A DNA stretch of 62,300 nt, taken from Atractiella rhizophila. Taxonomy: Eukaryota. The stretch spans positions 1-62,300 of the forward strand of contig MU271456.1 in assembly GCA_021432655.1 (NCBI GenBank), in the 5' to 3' direction. This document shows, piece after piece, positions 50,007-62,300 of this stretch. How positions within the stretch are numbered: position 1 is the first letter of the stretch; the number at the start of each line of letters is the position of its first letter. A program made the translations under genes and the position numbers. The notes beneath the pieces are model-generated. The model did no database searches and was not told the DNA's origin. It was given only the letters and a program-made list of their open reading frames with translations.

Positions 50007-51430
50007 ATGGATCATTCGCTTATTTCCAGGCACTCCTCCAGTCGCCGAATGAGCACAATAAGGATCCAGCGGAAAGTGGCGTCTCCTGAAGCCTCCCTCG
50101 ATCCCACCTCGTCCTATTCTACAACTGGTGGAACTGCAGGCGACGCTGTTCCACAACCCTTGTTGGAAGGCGATATCATAAATGGACGCTATCAAGTCGT
50201 GAAGAAATTCGGGAGCGGCAGGTTCAGTACTGTTTGGTCTGCTGTGAATATATCTCGGTGCCATCTACATCCTATCTTTCTGTGCTACCATTTCTGACAC
50301 CTGTGAGGGTAGTGGTACTGATAAAGGACAGCCATGTGCTCTCAAGATCCTTAAGATTCCTACGGATGTCGACGTGCAAAAGAAAGAGATAGACATTCTC
50401 CACAAGATCCAATCGCAGAACCCGACAGGGAGGGGCTATGAGAATATTGGTCATCTGATGGATTCATTTGATTGGGAAGGACATCGTGTCCTCGTACAAC
50501 CTTCGCTTGCCGTCTCGATCTTAGAAATCAATCGGTCATTTGAAGAGAAAGAGAGCTTGCCGATGCCGTTATGTAGGAAGGTGGTGAGAGATGTGTTGAA
50601 TGCACTAAGTTATCTGCACGAGGAATGTGGGATAGTACATGCTGGTAAAACTTTGCTCAATTGTTCGAAGCAGACTTAACGACTATCGAACAGATGTCAA
50701 ACCTGGAAACATCATGCTGGACCTCAGTGACGATAGTAGGGTTAAGGAAGATGGAGACTCGCTGGTTCTGCCTCTCGACTCTCTCTTAGAGGGTACATAT
50801 AACCTAATAGACTTCGGAGCTGGTTCGTCTGTCCTTGCACTAGATTCTTTCCTCTTCATCTTACTTGTGTGTCGCGTGGACAGCCCATCCCATGCCTCCC
50901 CGCGGATCGCACACCATCCAACCCCCAGCTCTACGCGCACCAGAAGTACTTCTTGGCGCGGAATGGGACACCAAAGCCGACGTGTGGAGCGTGGGTTGTA
51001 TACTCTTCGAGCTCGTTCGCAGGAGGTGGCTTTTTAACCCGTTCTTCCAAATCGAGAATAGTGGGCTAAACGAAGAGATTACGCACCTTTGCCAGATCGT
51101 TGGATTGTTTGGAGAGGTACCGAAGAGTCTGGTGCAGAGAGGAAGGAAGAGTGAGAGATTCTTTGACCGCGACGGTTTGTTTCTCTCTCTCGTTCCAGTT
51201 AACTAAAGTAATAATGCATCTGACCTCAAGGACAATTTCGACATCGAGATATCGTCCACGATCACCGGCTAGAGGACGTGCTGCAGGCGGGACACGCAGT
51301 AGCAAGAGAAACGATACCCCTTCTCGCTGCCTTCCTACGGTCTGCATTGCAGATTGATCCGGAGAAGAGATGGTCTGCTAGTCAGCTTTTGGGGCATGAA
51401 TGGCTTCGAGAGGACTCAAGAAGTCAATGA
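50007..51430 (+). CDS. CMGC SRPK-like serine/threonine protein kinase
   Basis: RYQVVKKFGSGRFSTVW, CALKI, YLHEECGIVHADVKPGNIML, LIDFGA, IQPPALRAPEVLLG, KADVWSVGCILFEL, IDPEKRWSASQLLGHEWL. Start is either 50007 or 50049. Confidence 0.88.
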
Positions 51431-51624
51431 GTTTGTTTATCAACTCCATAACTATGATTCGATTTATATAATGTAATGTGTTTGAGGAACCAGAATGACC
51501 CATAGGATAAGACAAACACATCGTAGCGCCAGATGGAGAAAAACATTAATTATTTAAGAATAGGTATACCCAGTCAATCACAAGCATTCACATCGCATCC
51601 TCGCGAGATTCACAGAAACGACTG

Positions 51625-53492
51625 TCAAACAGTTTTCTCGCCCGCCATATCATCTCTGGCTCCGACCGTTGTGCTGGACCTGTTAGCCATGGTGTTGTCG
51701 CCCAACTCGTCGTAAGTAGGAGTACAACCTTCTTCGACCATCACGAAGCTTTCTCTGGGCTTTCGAGTAGGAGAAGGCTGAAGGAATCGAACGTTCAGAG
51801 GAGAGTCTGAACCAGCTGTTCCAAATCACGGTCATTTGTTGGCTCCAGAGAGAATGGATCAGGATGGGGACGACGGACTGTAGATAAAGAGATCGTAGAG
51901 GAAGATTCCAACGATTCCTCCGCTGATACACGCAGCGGTAGGGAGCCATATACCTGTTTATCCATTAAATTGTCAAGGCAGAATCCTTTGGACACTGAGA
52001 AGATCATACCAGAGTAGGAATGAATGGTCCAAATATCATTAGGATATCCAGCCATGGAAGCCATCATACGAGGACCCAAATCCTGCAACCATCAAAACAG
52101 AATCCGTCGACGTTCAGCCATCGTGCAAAGAAGCGATTGAGAAACGAACCCTAGCAGGATTGATAGCGAAACCAGTTAAGCTCCCAGTTGCCATCCCAAC
52201 CCCACTGATAACCCAAAGGATGACCATCGGGCTCATTCCGACCGAAGGAGGCGTGTTCCTGACGTCTCCAACTGCGGCGACTGCTATCAAAAGCAGAGCA
52301 GTTCCGACGAGTTCAGCCACGAAAGCGGTTCCAATATCCACATAATCGTGTTGAGGGCCAGTGACGAAAATTCCCACCGTATTGAGTGAGAGGTCGGCAG
52401 AACCAGCGGCGTGTTCGAACGAGTAGATGGACGTTCGAAAGATGGCAAACACGATGGCTGACCCAGCGATGGCACCGAGGAGCTGGGCAAAAATATACAG
52501 TGGAACTTTTCGGAGGGGAAAGCGCCGGAAGAGAGCCAGAGAAACCGTAACCGCTGGGTTGAGATGTGCACCAGAGATGCCTGACACCATCCACCCAATG
52601 ATTCATTCGTCCTATATTCTCGCTTGGATGAGGGAAAAAGGGCAGACAAACCACCAGCGACGTAGATTCCGACGAGAGCACCAATTCCCCAGCCGAAGCA
52701 GAGACTGAGCCAGTCTCCCTATTTCCAATCCGAAACGGAGCCATCAAAATCAGGAAGGATGTAAAAGAGATGCTCACCCTTGTGCCCCTCTCCAGCACGA
52801 ATTGAGCAATTGCCCCTTCTCCAAAAAGGAGGAGAACCAGAGTTCCGAGAAACTATTGCCGTACACAATGGTTAGAGTCTGAAGGAAGAAACGAGTGAAG
52901 GAGGAAGGATGGAAGTAAAGGACGAGAATCTTACTTCAGCAAATGGTTCCCTGATCATATGCCTAACCTTCTCCCATGGATTATTAAACACAACCAAGAT
53001 CTCTCCGTCTTCTTCCCCTTCTCTCAGCATACCAGTTCGGTTATGAGTGAGATCTATGACCGTATGAGGGTTCGCTCCCGGTCCAAGGAGGGTCGGTTGC
53101 TTTGCCATCAGCCTATTCCCATTGGTATTCGCCTGTGATGGATTAGCTCCGAGGGTACAATTGCCAGTGTTGCTGGAGCGGGTGGAGAGAACAGGATTCC
53201 CAAGAGCATTCGCATTCTGATGCTGACCATCCATCCCATTCGTTCCTCGTCCCCCCAATATACCCTGTACCGTGTTCGTGGAACACGTAGGATCTCTTTG
53301 CAGGGCGAAATCAACAGCGGCTTGATGACCCTGATCTATTGCCTGTGCTTGAGCGTTGGGATAATTATGCTCGGTGGGATCGAGGACGAGGTGAGTACGG
53401 TGCGACTGTTTCGACGTTCCCGACGCTGAGTGTTGCATGGCAGGAACACCCATGGGGACGGGTTGGACGACCGTCAGAGTCGAGGAGGCCAT
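51625..53492 (-). CDS. Aquaglyceroporin (MIP family, GlpF/Fps1-like) with a long N-terminal extension
   Basis: REPFAEFLGTLVLLLFG, ISGAHLNPAVT, GFAINPARDLGPR, LYDLFIYTGSDSPLN; ends ...GEKTV*. Confidence 0.93.
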
Positions 53493-53997
53493 GAGGAAGA
53501 TGAGATAGGTGATTCACAAGCAAAGGCAAAGCGTAAAATGTCGGAATGAAAACAAATGAGCAGAAAATATGTGAGAGGAAATTGGAGGCAGGAACAAGGC
53601 CTTTATAGGTTCTTCGAAACCCCTTAATGCGCCAGGCGGGAAGGGACTCGCCAAAAAGTTCTCAGGATAGAGTTAGTAGCGGGAAATGACCCAACGTGTA
53701 GACTGCCGAAGAAGAAATCCTTGGCAAAAATAATACTTCCCGCTCATCGACAGAAAGACGAGGCAGGTGCACATCTACGCAGCACCATAATTTTCTCGCC
53801 GATATGATAACGCGGACAATGATGAATATAACTCGTTATAGATAGCTTCGATGCGTTTGCAGAGGTCTTTCATGACCCGAAGTCCATACAACATCTCCAT
53901 CTCAACTGGTTAACCTGAAATGAGATGCCTCGAAAGTACGCTGCTAGCTAACACCTTCACTTGAGGGGACGCCTTCGAAGTCTTACCTCCTCATTTC

Positions 53998-54111
53998 ATG
54001 TCGGCTACCCCTCCTCAACCCCTAACAATATCCCAGTCCTTCGGGTTAATCTTGCTTCTATCCGGGCGTTCATTCACTCTCATAGCCATCGTCGTTGTAG
54101 CGCAGCAATAG
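53998..54111 (+). other. Candidate upstream ORF (37 aa, Leu/Ile/Val-rich) in the LEU4 leader
   Basis: ATG 53998 to TAG 54111 encodes MSATPPQPLTISQSFGLILLLSGRSFTLIAIVVVAQQ. Its presence in the mRNA is inferred from a following intron-like segment. Confidence 0.45.
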
Positions 54112-54118
54112 TAAGAGT

Positions 54119-54125
54119 TGAGTCA
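54119..54125. promoter_or_regulatory. Perfect Gcn4/CpcA-type (AP-1) element TGAGTCA upstream of the LEU4 start
   Basis: Exact TGAGTCA about 120 nt before the ATG of an amino-acid biosynthetic gene. Confidence 0.5.
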
Positions 54126-54245
54126 GGCTCACTCCTTTTCTCTCGATCACTTGTCTTCCTAAATTTATTCACAACCAACGACTCAGCAAAAATTCCTGTA
54201 AAATAATCCAGGGACCGTGACAAAAACCATTGACATATTTAAAAA

Positions 54246-56462
<2,217 letters not shown>

Positions 56463-57105
56463 GGATATGCAAAAGACCGTATGTAGGAACAGGCACTCTC
56501 GTGGGGAAAAAATGTAGGCGTTTGAGCACCACCGTGTATTCTAGAGTCAGGACTGCTTCAATGAAGATTGCTCATCTGCATTTCCCCTGAATTGGAATCC
56601 GTGTTTGAGGATGGGCTTTCCAGTTTCAACTGTCTGCTCTCCCTACGATAGACATGTTAATGGTGAAATGAGCGCCTTGTGTAGTTTCAAGTACGTGTAA
56701 CGGCGACCAGCAAAAACCAACAGGCTGAAAAAAAAATACAGACTAGCTCAAAAAAAAGGGCGAAGAATAACCACCCGAGCGTCCCAGCTTCAACAAAAAC
56801 TGCACCTCACGACGGGGTAAGGGTAACGTAAACAACCTTCGCTTGCTTCCGACTCGGAAGACCAAAAGGGGATGGGTGGCATCTCTCGCAGACGAGATGC
56901 GACGAAGGTAAAAGAAAAGATTGAAGAGACGATAAGATACGGACTAAAGTGAATCAGGTAGAAGACAAATTTAACGAAGCGAAGCTGAAGTTGAAGCAGG
57001 AACCTTTCTCCCAAACCGAACCGATCTGATGACTGAAGAAAACTCAACCTTTCTTCCTCCTAACCTAGGTAACTGTACACAAAACCCACATGCGATGAGA
57101 AGTGA

Positions 57106-58730
57106 TCAAAGGAGCCCGCACTCCCTTAAGTTTTGTTGGATGACCGTATCATTGACCGCCGAAAGTACGAATTTGATTTGGGTAGTGTCGGTTGCACAAG
57201 TCAAATGAACATAGCTATCGACAAGTGTTCAGTTTCTAAATCAAGAAAGATGGATAGGAGGAGACATACACTTGCTTGCTTGGCGACTGGTTGAGCGAAA
57301 CAAACCTTCCGGAGAAGTAATCACAAGCTGCCTGGAGGTTATTTCCTCCCTGATAATCGGGGAAGAAAGGTTCTATGGGAGACCGCTGAAGTTTCTCTTT
57401 GAAGAGGTCGATCTTGTTCAAGAAGAGGATGATTGACGTCCTCACAAACCAACGCGAGTTGCAGATGGAGTCGAACAGGACGAGCGATTCCTGCATCCGA
57501 TTCACGCTTTCGTCTTCGTATAATTGTTGATCGTACTCCGACAGTGCGACCAGGAAGACGATCGCCGTCACGTTTTCGAAACAGTGGATCCTAAGTCGTC
57601 CATTGGTCTCATGAGCGATCACATCCCGACTGACACGAAGAGGTAGACATAGGAAAAGGAGGGATACATACCACTTCTTCCGCTCCGAACGCTGACCTCC
57701 CACGTCGAACATCCTATACTTGAGCTCTCCAATCTGGAAATGAGTCTCCGTGATACCCGTCGTCTTGACACGTGATCGCAGAACATCCTGATCAGTAGGG
57801 AGGTAGTTAGATGAGGCTATGCGTTGAATGGAGTCGAAGTAGCTAAGGGCGATCGCCACCAAGAAGTTCGCGTTCAATCAGCAAAGTTCGGAAATTGCGT
57901 CTAGCGTGGGACGCAGCGAGCAGGAGGGAAGAGTGTGAGACGTACTATTGGGCGGAATCGTTCAGCTGGAATTCACGACTGCGCTCAAAGCACTTCCTCA
58001 CGCCTGCATCCTGCCAGAGCGCATAAATGGCCTGCACATCTACCACAATCAGCCGAATACTGCTGGTAGAGATGCATGACGCGCCTGTCCAATTTCCGGT
58101 GGAAGTTCATCGCCCTCGATTTGATGCGGCTGGCCCATGATGACGTTCGCCATGTCTTGCGAACCGGGGTTAGTAAGGGAGATGCCCATCATTTCCATCG
58201 CATCCAGGATAACCTGTCAAAAGAGACACCGAATCAATATGCATCGCCGTTGGACTAACGTAAACGTGATGTGGGGAGAAGGGATGAGGGTTTCGGAATA
58301 CTGACGTGCATGGATTGGACGGTGTTGGAAAAGATGATTTCTTTGTAGGAATCCCGCTCTTCCGGAGAATACGAGCCCTCGTGAATGAGCTTCATCTGTT
58401 TGAGGATAGTCGACTTTCCGGACTCTCCTGCTCCCAGCTTGATTTGCTAATTCAGCACCTTCCTCCGACTGCCAAAAGGCGCGAGACGCTTACCAGAAGC
58501 ATCTAGAGCACAAAAGTCCAGCATCAGGACAATGCCAAGCTGGTAAGAAAGCGAGACAGACAGACCTTGATCTCATTCCTTCAAAGCACACGTAAATCGT
58601 GTCAACCTCGCCCAAGTGACCGACAGCAGAGAGCGCACCTCATGTTCATCTTATCCTTCTTAAGCTGGGCCTCGATGGCGGCATTGGTCTCGCTCGCCGC
58701 CGAATCCTCTTTCGAACCGCCACAACCCAT
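57106..58730 (-). CDS. gpa1: Heterotrimeric G-protein alpha subunit, fungal group I (G-alpha-i-like; Ustilago Gpa1 type)
   Basis: MGCGGS lipidation motif, [55 protein letters not shown]-terminal LRECGLL*. Confidence 0.95.
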
Positions 58731-59512
58731 TTTGGCTGTATGCTACTTGGAAGTTGGAGTTGGAGAAAAAGGTGTGGAGTGCGATTGGAAAGTGGTAGGA
58801 AAGAGTGAGGGATTGGTAGTCTAACAGCTGAAATGGGCTGAAATAGGAAGAAAGGGAGAGAAAGGGAAGAAGAAGGTGACAGACTTTTATGATTGAAACG
58901 AATTGAAGAAGAACTTTGGACAGACACTCATTTAGGTTCCGCTAGATGCAGATCATTCCCATTCCCACACAAGAACAAGAACAGCCTTACCCCAGCTTGT
59001 AATTGCTCTGTTCTGCCTTGTGACAACATTATCCGTGCAATGCCGCCATTACGATAATTGTGCATTAATTACGACTGTGGCTGGTAATTTGCTATCGCTT
59101 TAGGCTGGGAATTCAGCTGGGAACGCGTGCTGCCGCCTGAAAAGTAACTGCAATGCAGGGCACCAATAATCCCTGCTTGGAGCTATGGAGCCAGCACAAT
59201 GTCTTCCGGACGTGCACGGTTATTCCATCTTCTCCACCGAGCCTGGCTTCTATCTGTTCCAAAAGCTGCCAATGCTCCAATTCAAGTTTGCAATTCGAAC
59301 CACACATGGACCAGTTCCAACCGGACCCCCAGCGTCTCTGAGTTCGGCAAACGGCACAAGCATTTCATTGTTGCCATCCCCGCGTGCGTGATAGGAACCG
59401 CGCGTTGAGGTTGACAAATGCGATCTTGGGATGGACAAAGTGGAGGTGGAAAGCTAGGCGAAGGGAAGAATTTGGAATTACATCATCTCATCTCATTTCA
59501 TCGCTCTGCAAG

Positions 59513-59519
59513 TATAAAA
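59513..59519 (+). promoter_or_regulatory. TATA box of the AKR/Kv-beta gene
   Basis: TATAAAA about 70 nt upstream of the first ATG. Confidence 0.5.
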
Positions 59520-59588
59520 GGCCACGACCTCTTTGCACGATCCCTGCTGCTTCTCCTTTCTGTCAGTCTACTTTGGCCAACTGCCCTG

Positions 59589-61658
59589 ATGTTCGCTAAC
59601 GCCGTCTTCAGATCGTCTAAAAGGCTTTTGTCAACCACACCGATCAACTTTAAGATGTCGCCCCCAGCATACGATCCCAAGAACATGGTCCGTCTTCATC
59701 CACGCCTCCTAGCAAGGGAGGTGCAACGTGCAAAGCAAGGAACTGATGGGTGGATCCCTGATGACAGATCTTCCGCAATCTGGGCTACTCTGGATTGCGC
59801 GTCAGCGTGTTCAGCTACGGAGGTCCGCCTTTCTTTGTCCCTCATCCCAATCTCAGCTGATGAAATCAACATTGTGCCTGTGCAGGCTGGCTTACCGTGG
59901 GAGGTGAGCTTGCCCTTCGTCTACGTGACTGATCGATTGATGTGTGTTTGCACAAAGGAACTGTCAATGGAGGTAGGCTCCTCTCCCCCTAGTTGAGATC
60001 GCACCATGAACGGTCCATGCGTCTAGATCCCGTGAAGGAGCTGATGCAAACTGCCTTTGAGGCTGGGATCAAGTACGTCATCCACCATCCATCAGTGTGC
60101 CCGCGTGCTGTTGACTGACTACGACTTCAGCTTCTTCGACAATGGTCAGCACCTCATCTTCCGTCCAAGTAATACCGGCGCTGATAGCCTTGATGTGACA
60201 GCTGAGACGTATGCAAGCGGACAATCCGAGAGAGAGATGGGCAGGGTGATCAAGGAGCTCGGATGGAAGAGGAGCGACATCGTTCTTACCACCAAGGTGC
60301 GTCTGATTTAGGTGCGATGAGCTAAAGAGCTGATAGAGCGGTCACTGCAGATATTCTTTGGCACCGGTGGGAAAGAGCCGAATGGTTCGTCTCTGTTTAG
60401 GTCCAGAGAAGAAGTGAAATCTGACGGACGTCTTCATTCGGGGTGTTAAGCGAGAGGATTGAGCAGAAAGCATATCGTTGAAGGCTTGCAGGCTAGTTTG
60501 GAGAGGCTTCAAACTCCTTATGTCGATGTGTAAGTTCTCTCCTTCTCTTCTCCACCAAGACGTTCTCATCGAAGACGGGGCGACTTCAGCGTTTTCGCCC
60601 ACCGACCCGATGCCACGACTCCAATGGAAGAAGTCGTGCGAGCTTTCAACCACGTACTCTTCCCCCCTTCAGCCGAAATCGGTGATTGTTAAGTGCGCGT
60701 CTGCAGGTGATTGATCGAGGAATGGCTTTCTATTGGGGAACGAGCGAGTTCACAGCCGCCCAAATCGCTGAAGCTTGCGAGATCGCTAAGACTTTGGGAT
60801 TGATCGCTCCCATTTGTGAACAACCACAATACTCGATGTTGAAGAGGGATAGGTTTGAGGTGGAATACGACACCATCTTCCGGTAAGACCCTCCTCTTCT
60901 CTTGTCGATGTAGGTGCTGGTGCTGACCTGGATTCCAGAAAATATAAATATGGCGTGAGCTTCTCTCGAGTGCTTTCTACTGATTGGACGGTGCTGAGCA
61001 ATTTCCTGAAGAGCACGATTTGGTCGCCTTTGGCCAGCGGTGTTTTGACGGGAAAGTACAATGTATGTCCACCCTTGATTTCGGGGCGTTCCACTTTGAC
61101 ACGAGGGTTCACAGGATGGAATCCCTCCAGGTTCTCGATTCGATACCAACAAGGACTTCTTCAAAGACACAATATCTGAATTCGATTTGCCAGAAGGCAA
61201 GCTCAAGTCCGTTTCCGCCTTTTACGCTTCCTGCTCTTCGAGAACGAGAACTAATTCATCGGACTGATCTGATTGACTGGGAAAGGTTCGAGAAGATCAA
61301 GCAGCTCGGAGAAATCGCGAAGAGGTTGGGCACTAACCAGTCGGCTCTCGCACTCGCTTGGACGGTAAAGAACCCCAACGTCTCGTATGTCACTTCTATC
61401 TTCAGTATATCCCCCAGGATGAGAGGTTGATGCAATGCTGGAAAGAACTTGCATCCTCGGTGCTACAAAGCCTGAACAGCTTAAAGAGAACCTGGAAGCA
61501 CTCAACGTTATTCCCAAGCTCACTGATCAGGTCATGCAGGTCTGTCTCCCAGTCTAATTAGTCAGTATGAAGTTGATCATGATTGGATAAAGGAAATCGA
61601 GGAGATTCTTCAGAATAGACCTAGACCAGCCCCCACGTATGGGCGCGTCCGCATCTGA
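59589..61658 (+). CDS. Aldo-keto reductase, voltage-gated K+ channel beta-subunit (AKR6) type; about 17 introns
   Basis: Spliced IFRNLGYSGLRVSVFSYGGWLTVG, GINFFDNAETYASG, IVLTTKIFFG, GLSRKHIVEG, VFAHRPD, FYWGTSE, EQPQYSML, WSPLASGVLTGKY, ILGATKPEQLKENL; ends ...YGRVRI*. Confidence 0.93.
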
Positions 61659-61830
61659 GACTCATGTTCGAACTCCAAACAGTATAAAGAATTGTAGAAA
61701 TAAAAACAACATTTATCATTTCTTTACAGTGTCCAGGAGTCCAGGACCACTCACAAAAGCATCACGTGAACCTGTGAACTTGTGGTAAAACCATAATGAC
61801 CTTCACCCAGCCTGAAGGCGACAGGTCAGG

Positions 61831-62300
61831 ATGGTGCAGCACTGTCCCTCGATAATCCCACGCTCCTCACGCGTCCCCTACACTGTCCCCACCTTTCACC
61901 TTCCAACTCATCGTGGCTTGCATCTACCAACAGCATTAACGAAGCGCGAGAGAACCTTGGAGGAGGAAGCTTCCCAGCTTTCTGACGAGGAATGGGAAGC
62001 TGAAAGGAGGGACAGGATCAAGAAAAAGAGTGTTGGGAAGCATCTGGTATTGATTGGAAAAACTCGCGGGGAGGATGAGGACGCTGAAGTTCGTTCTTCC
62101 CTCTCCGTTTCTGTCTGACGGGTCAGTTGATGGCTCCCGTGTGTTGTGAAGAGCGAGGACGAAGAAACGCGTCGACGCTTTCGACAAAACCTTTCGTCTG
62201 TAGGTTTGTCTGCAGGCGCAGGTGGGACCACTGGAGGAGGCGGAACGGACGTGGCGGCGGGAGCAGAAGACGCTGCAGATCCAGACCAAGAGGATGGGAC
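61831..62300 (+). CDS. Hypothetical protein, possibly Apc15/Mnd2-like; 3'-truncated by the window edge
   Basis: MVQHCPSII...ERRDRIKKKSVGKHLVLIGKTRGEDEDAE, an intron, then an acidic low-complexity exon running off the end. The family call rests only on recalled pattern resemblance. Confidence 0.45.

Overview
This is eukaryotic nuclear DNA from an intron-rich fungus. Protein similarity, short (~45-70 nt) introns and many micro-exons point to a basidiomycete; Pucciniomycotina is a guess I cannot confirm. The ORF track fragments every gene, so I built models by splicing by hand. About 27 densely packed genes are present, in order: a partial hypothetical gene, BZW/5MP, an AP180-type ANTH adaptor, a GT-A glycosyltransferase-like protein, a CorA-family transporter, an epoxide hydrolase, glutaminase GtaA, a GH31 alpha-glucosidase, LCP5, a myristoylated F-box-like protein, an HMMR-like coiled-coil protein, a TPP1/Est3-like OB-fold protein, a frameshifted F-box/LRR gene, GSH1 (followed by a 409-bp tandem duplication of its 3' end), ADA2, DPH4, PEX5, an SDR, prefoldin 6, U2AF1, CWC24, an SRPK-like kinase, an aquaglyceroporin, LEU4, a group I G-alpha, a Kv-beta/AKR, and a partial Apc15-like gene. 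I recognised no rRNA, tRNA, CRISPR array or intact mobile element. The best candidate for an undescribed system is at LEU4 (2-isopropylmalate synthase). It has a 37-codon Leu/Ile/Val-rich uORF reminiscent of attenuator leader peptides, a probable leader intron carrying a perfect TGAGTCA, and an unusually long intron with mutually exclusive hairpins around its branch point. Other notable observations are a very poor start-codon context on BZW, an HMMR-like fungal protein, a Cys-to-Ser change in the DPH4 metal site, a 1-nt frameshift in U2AF1, and frequent GC-AG introns and AAG acceptors.
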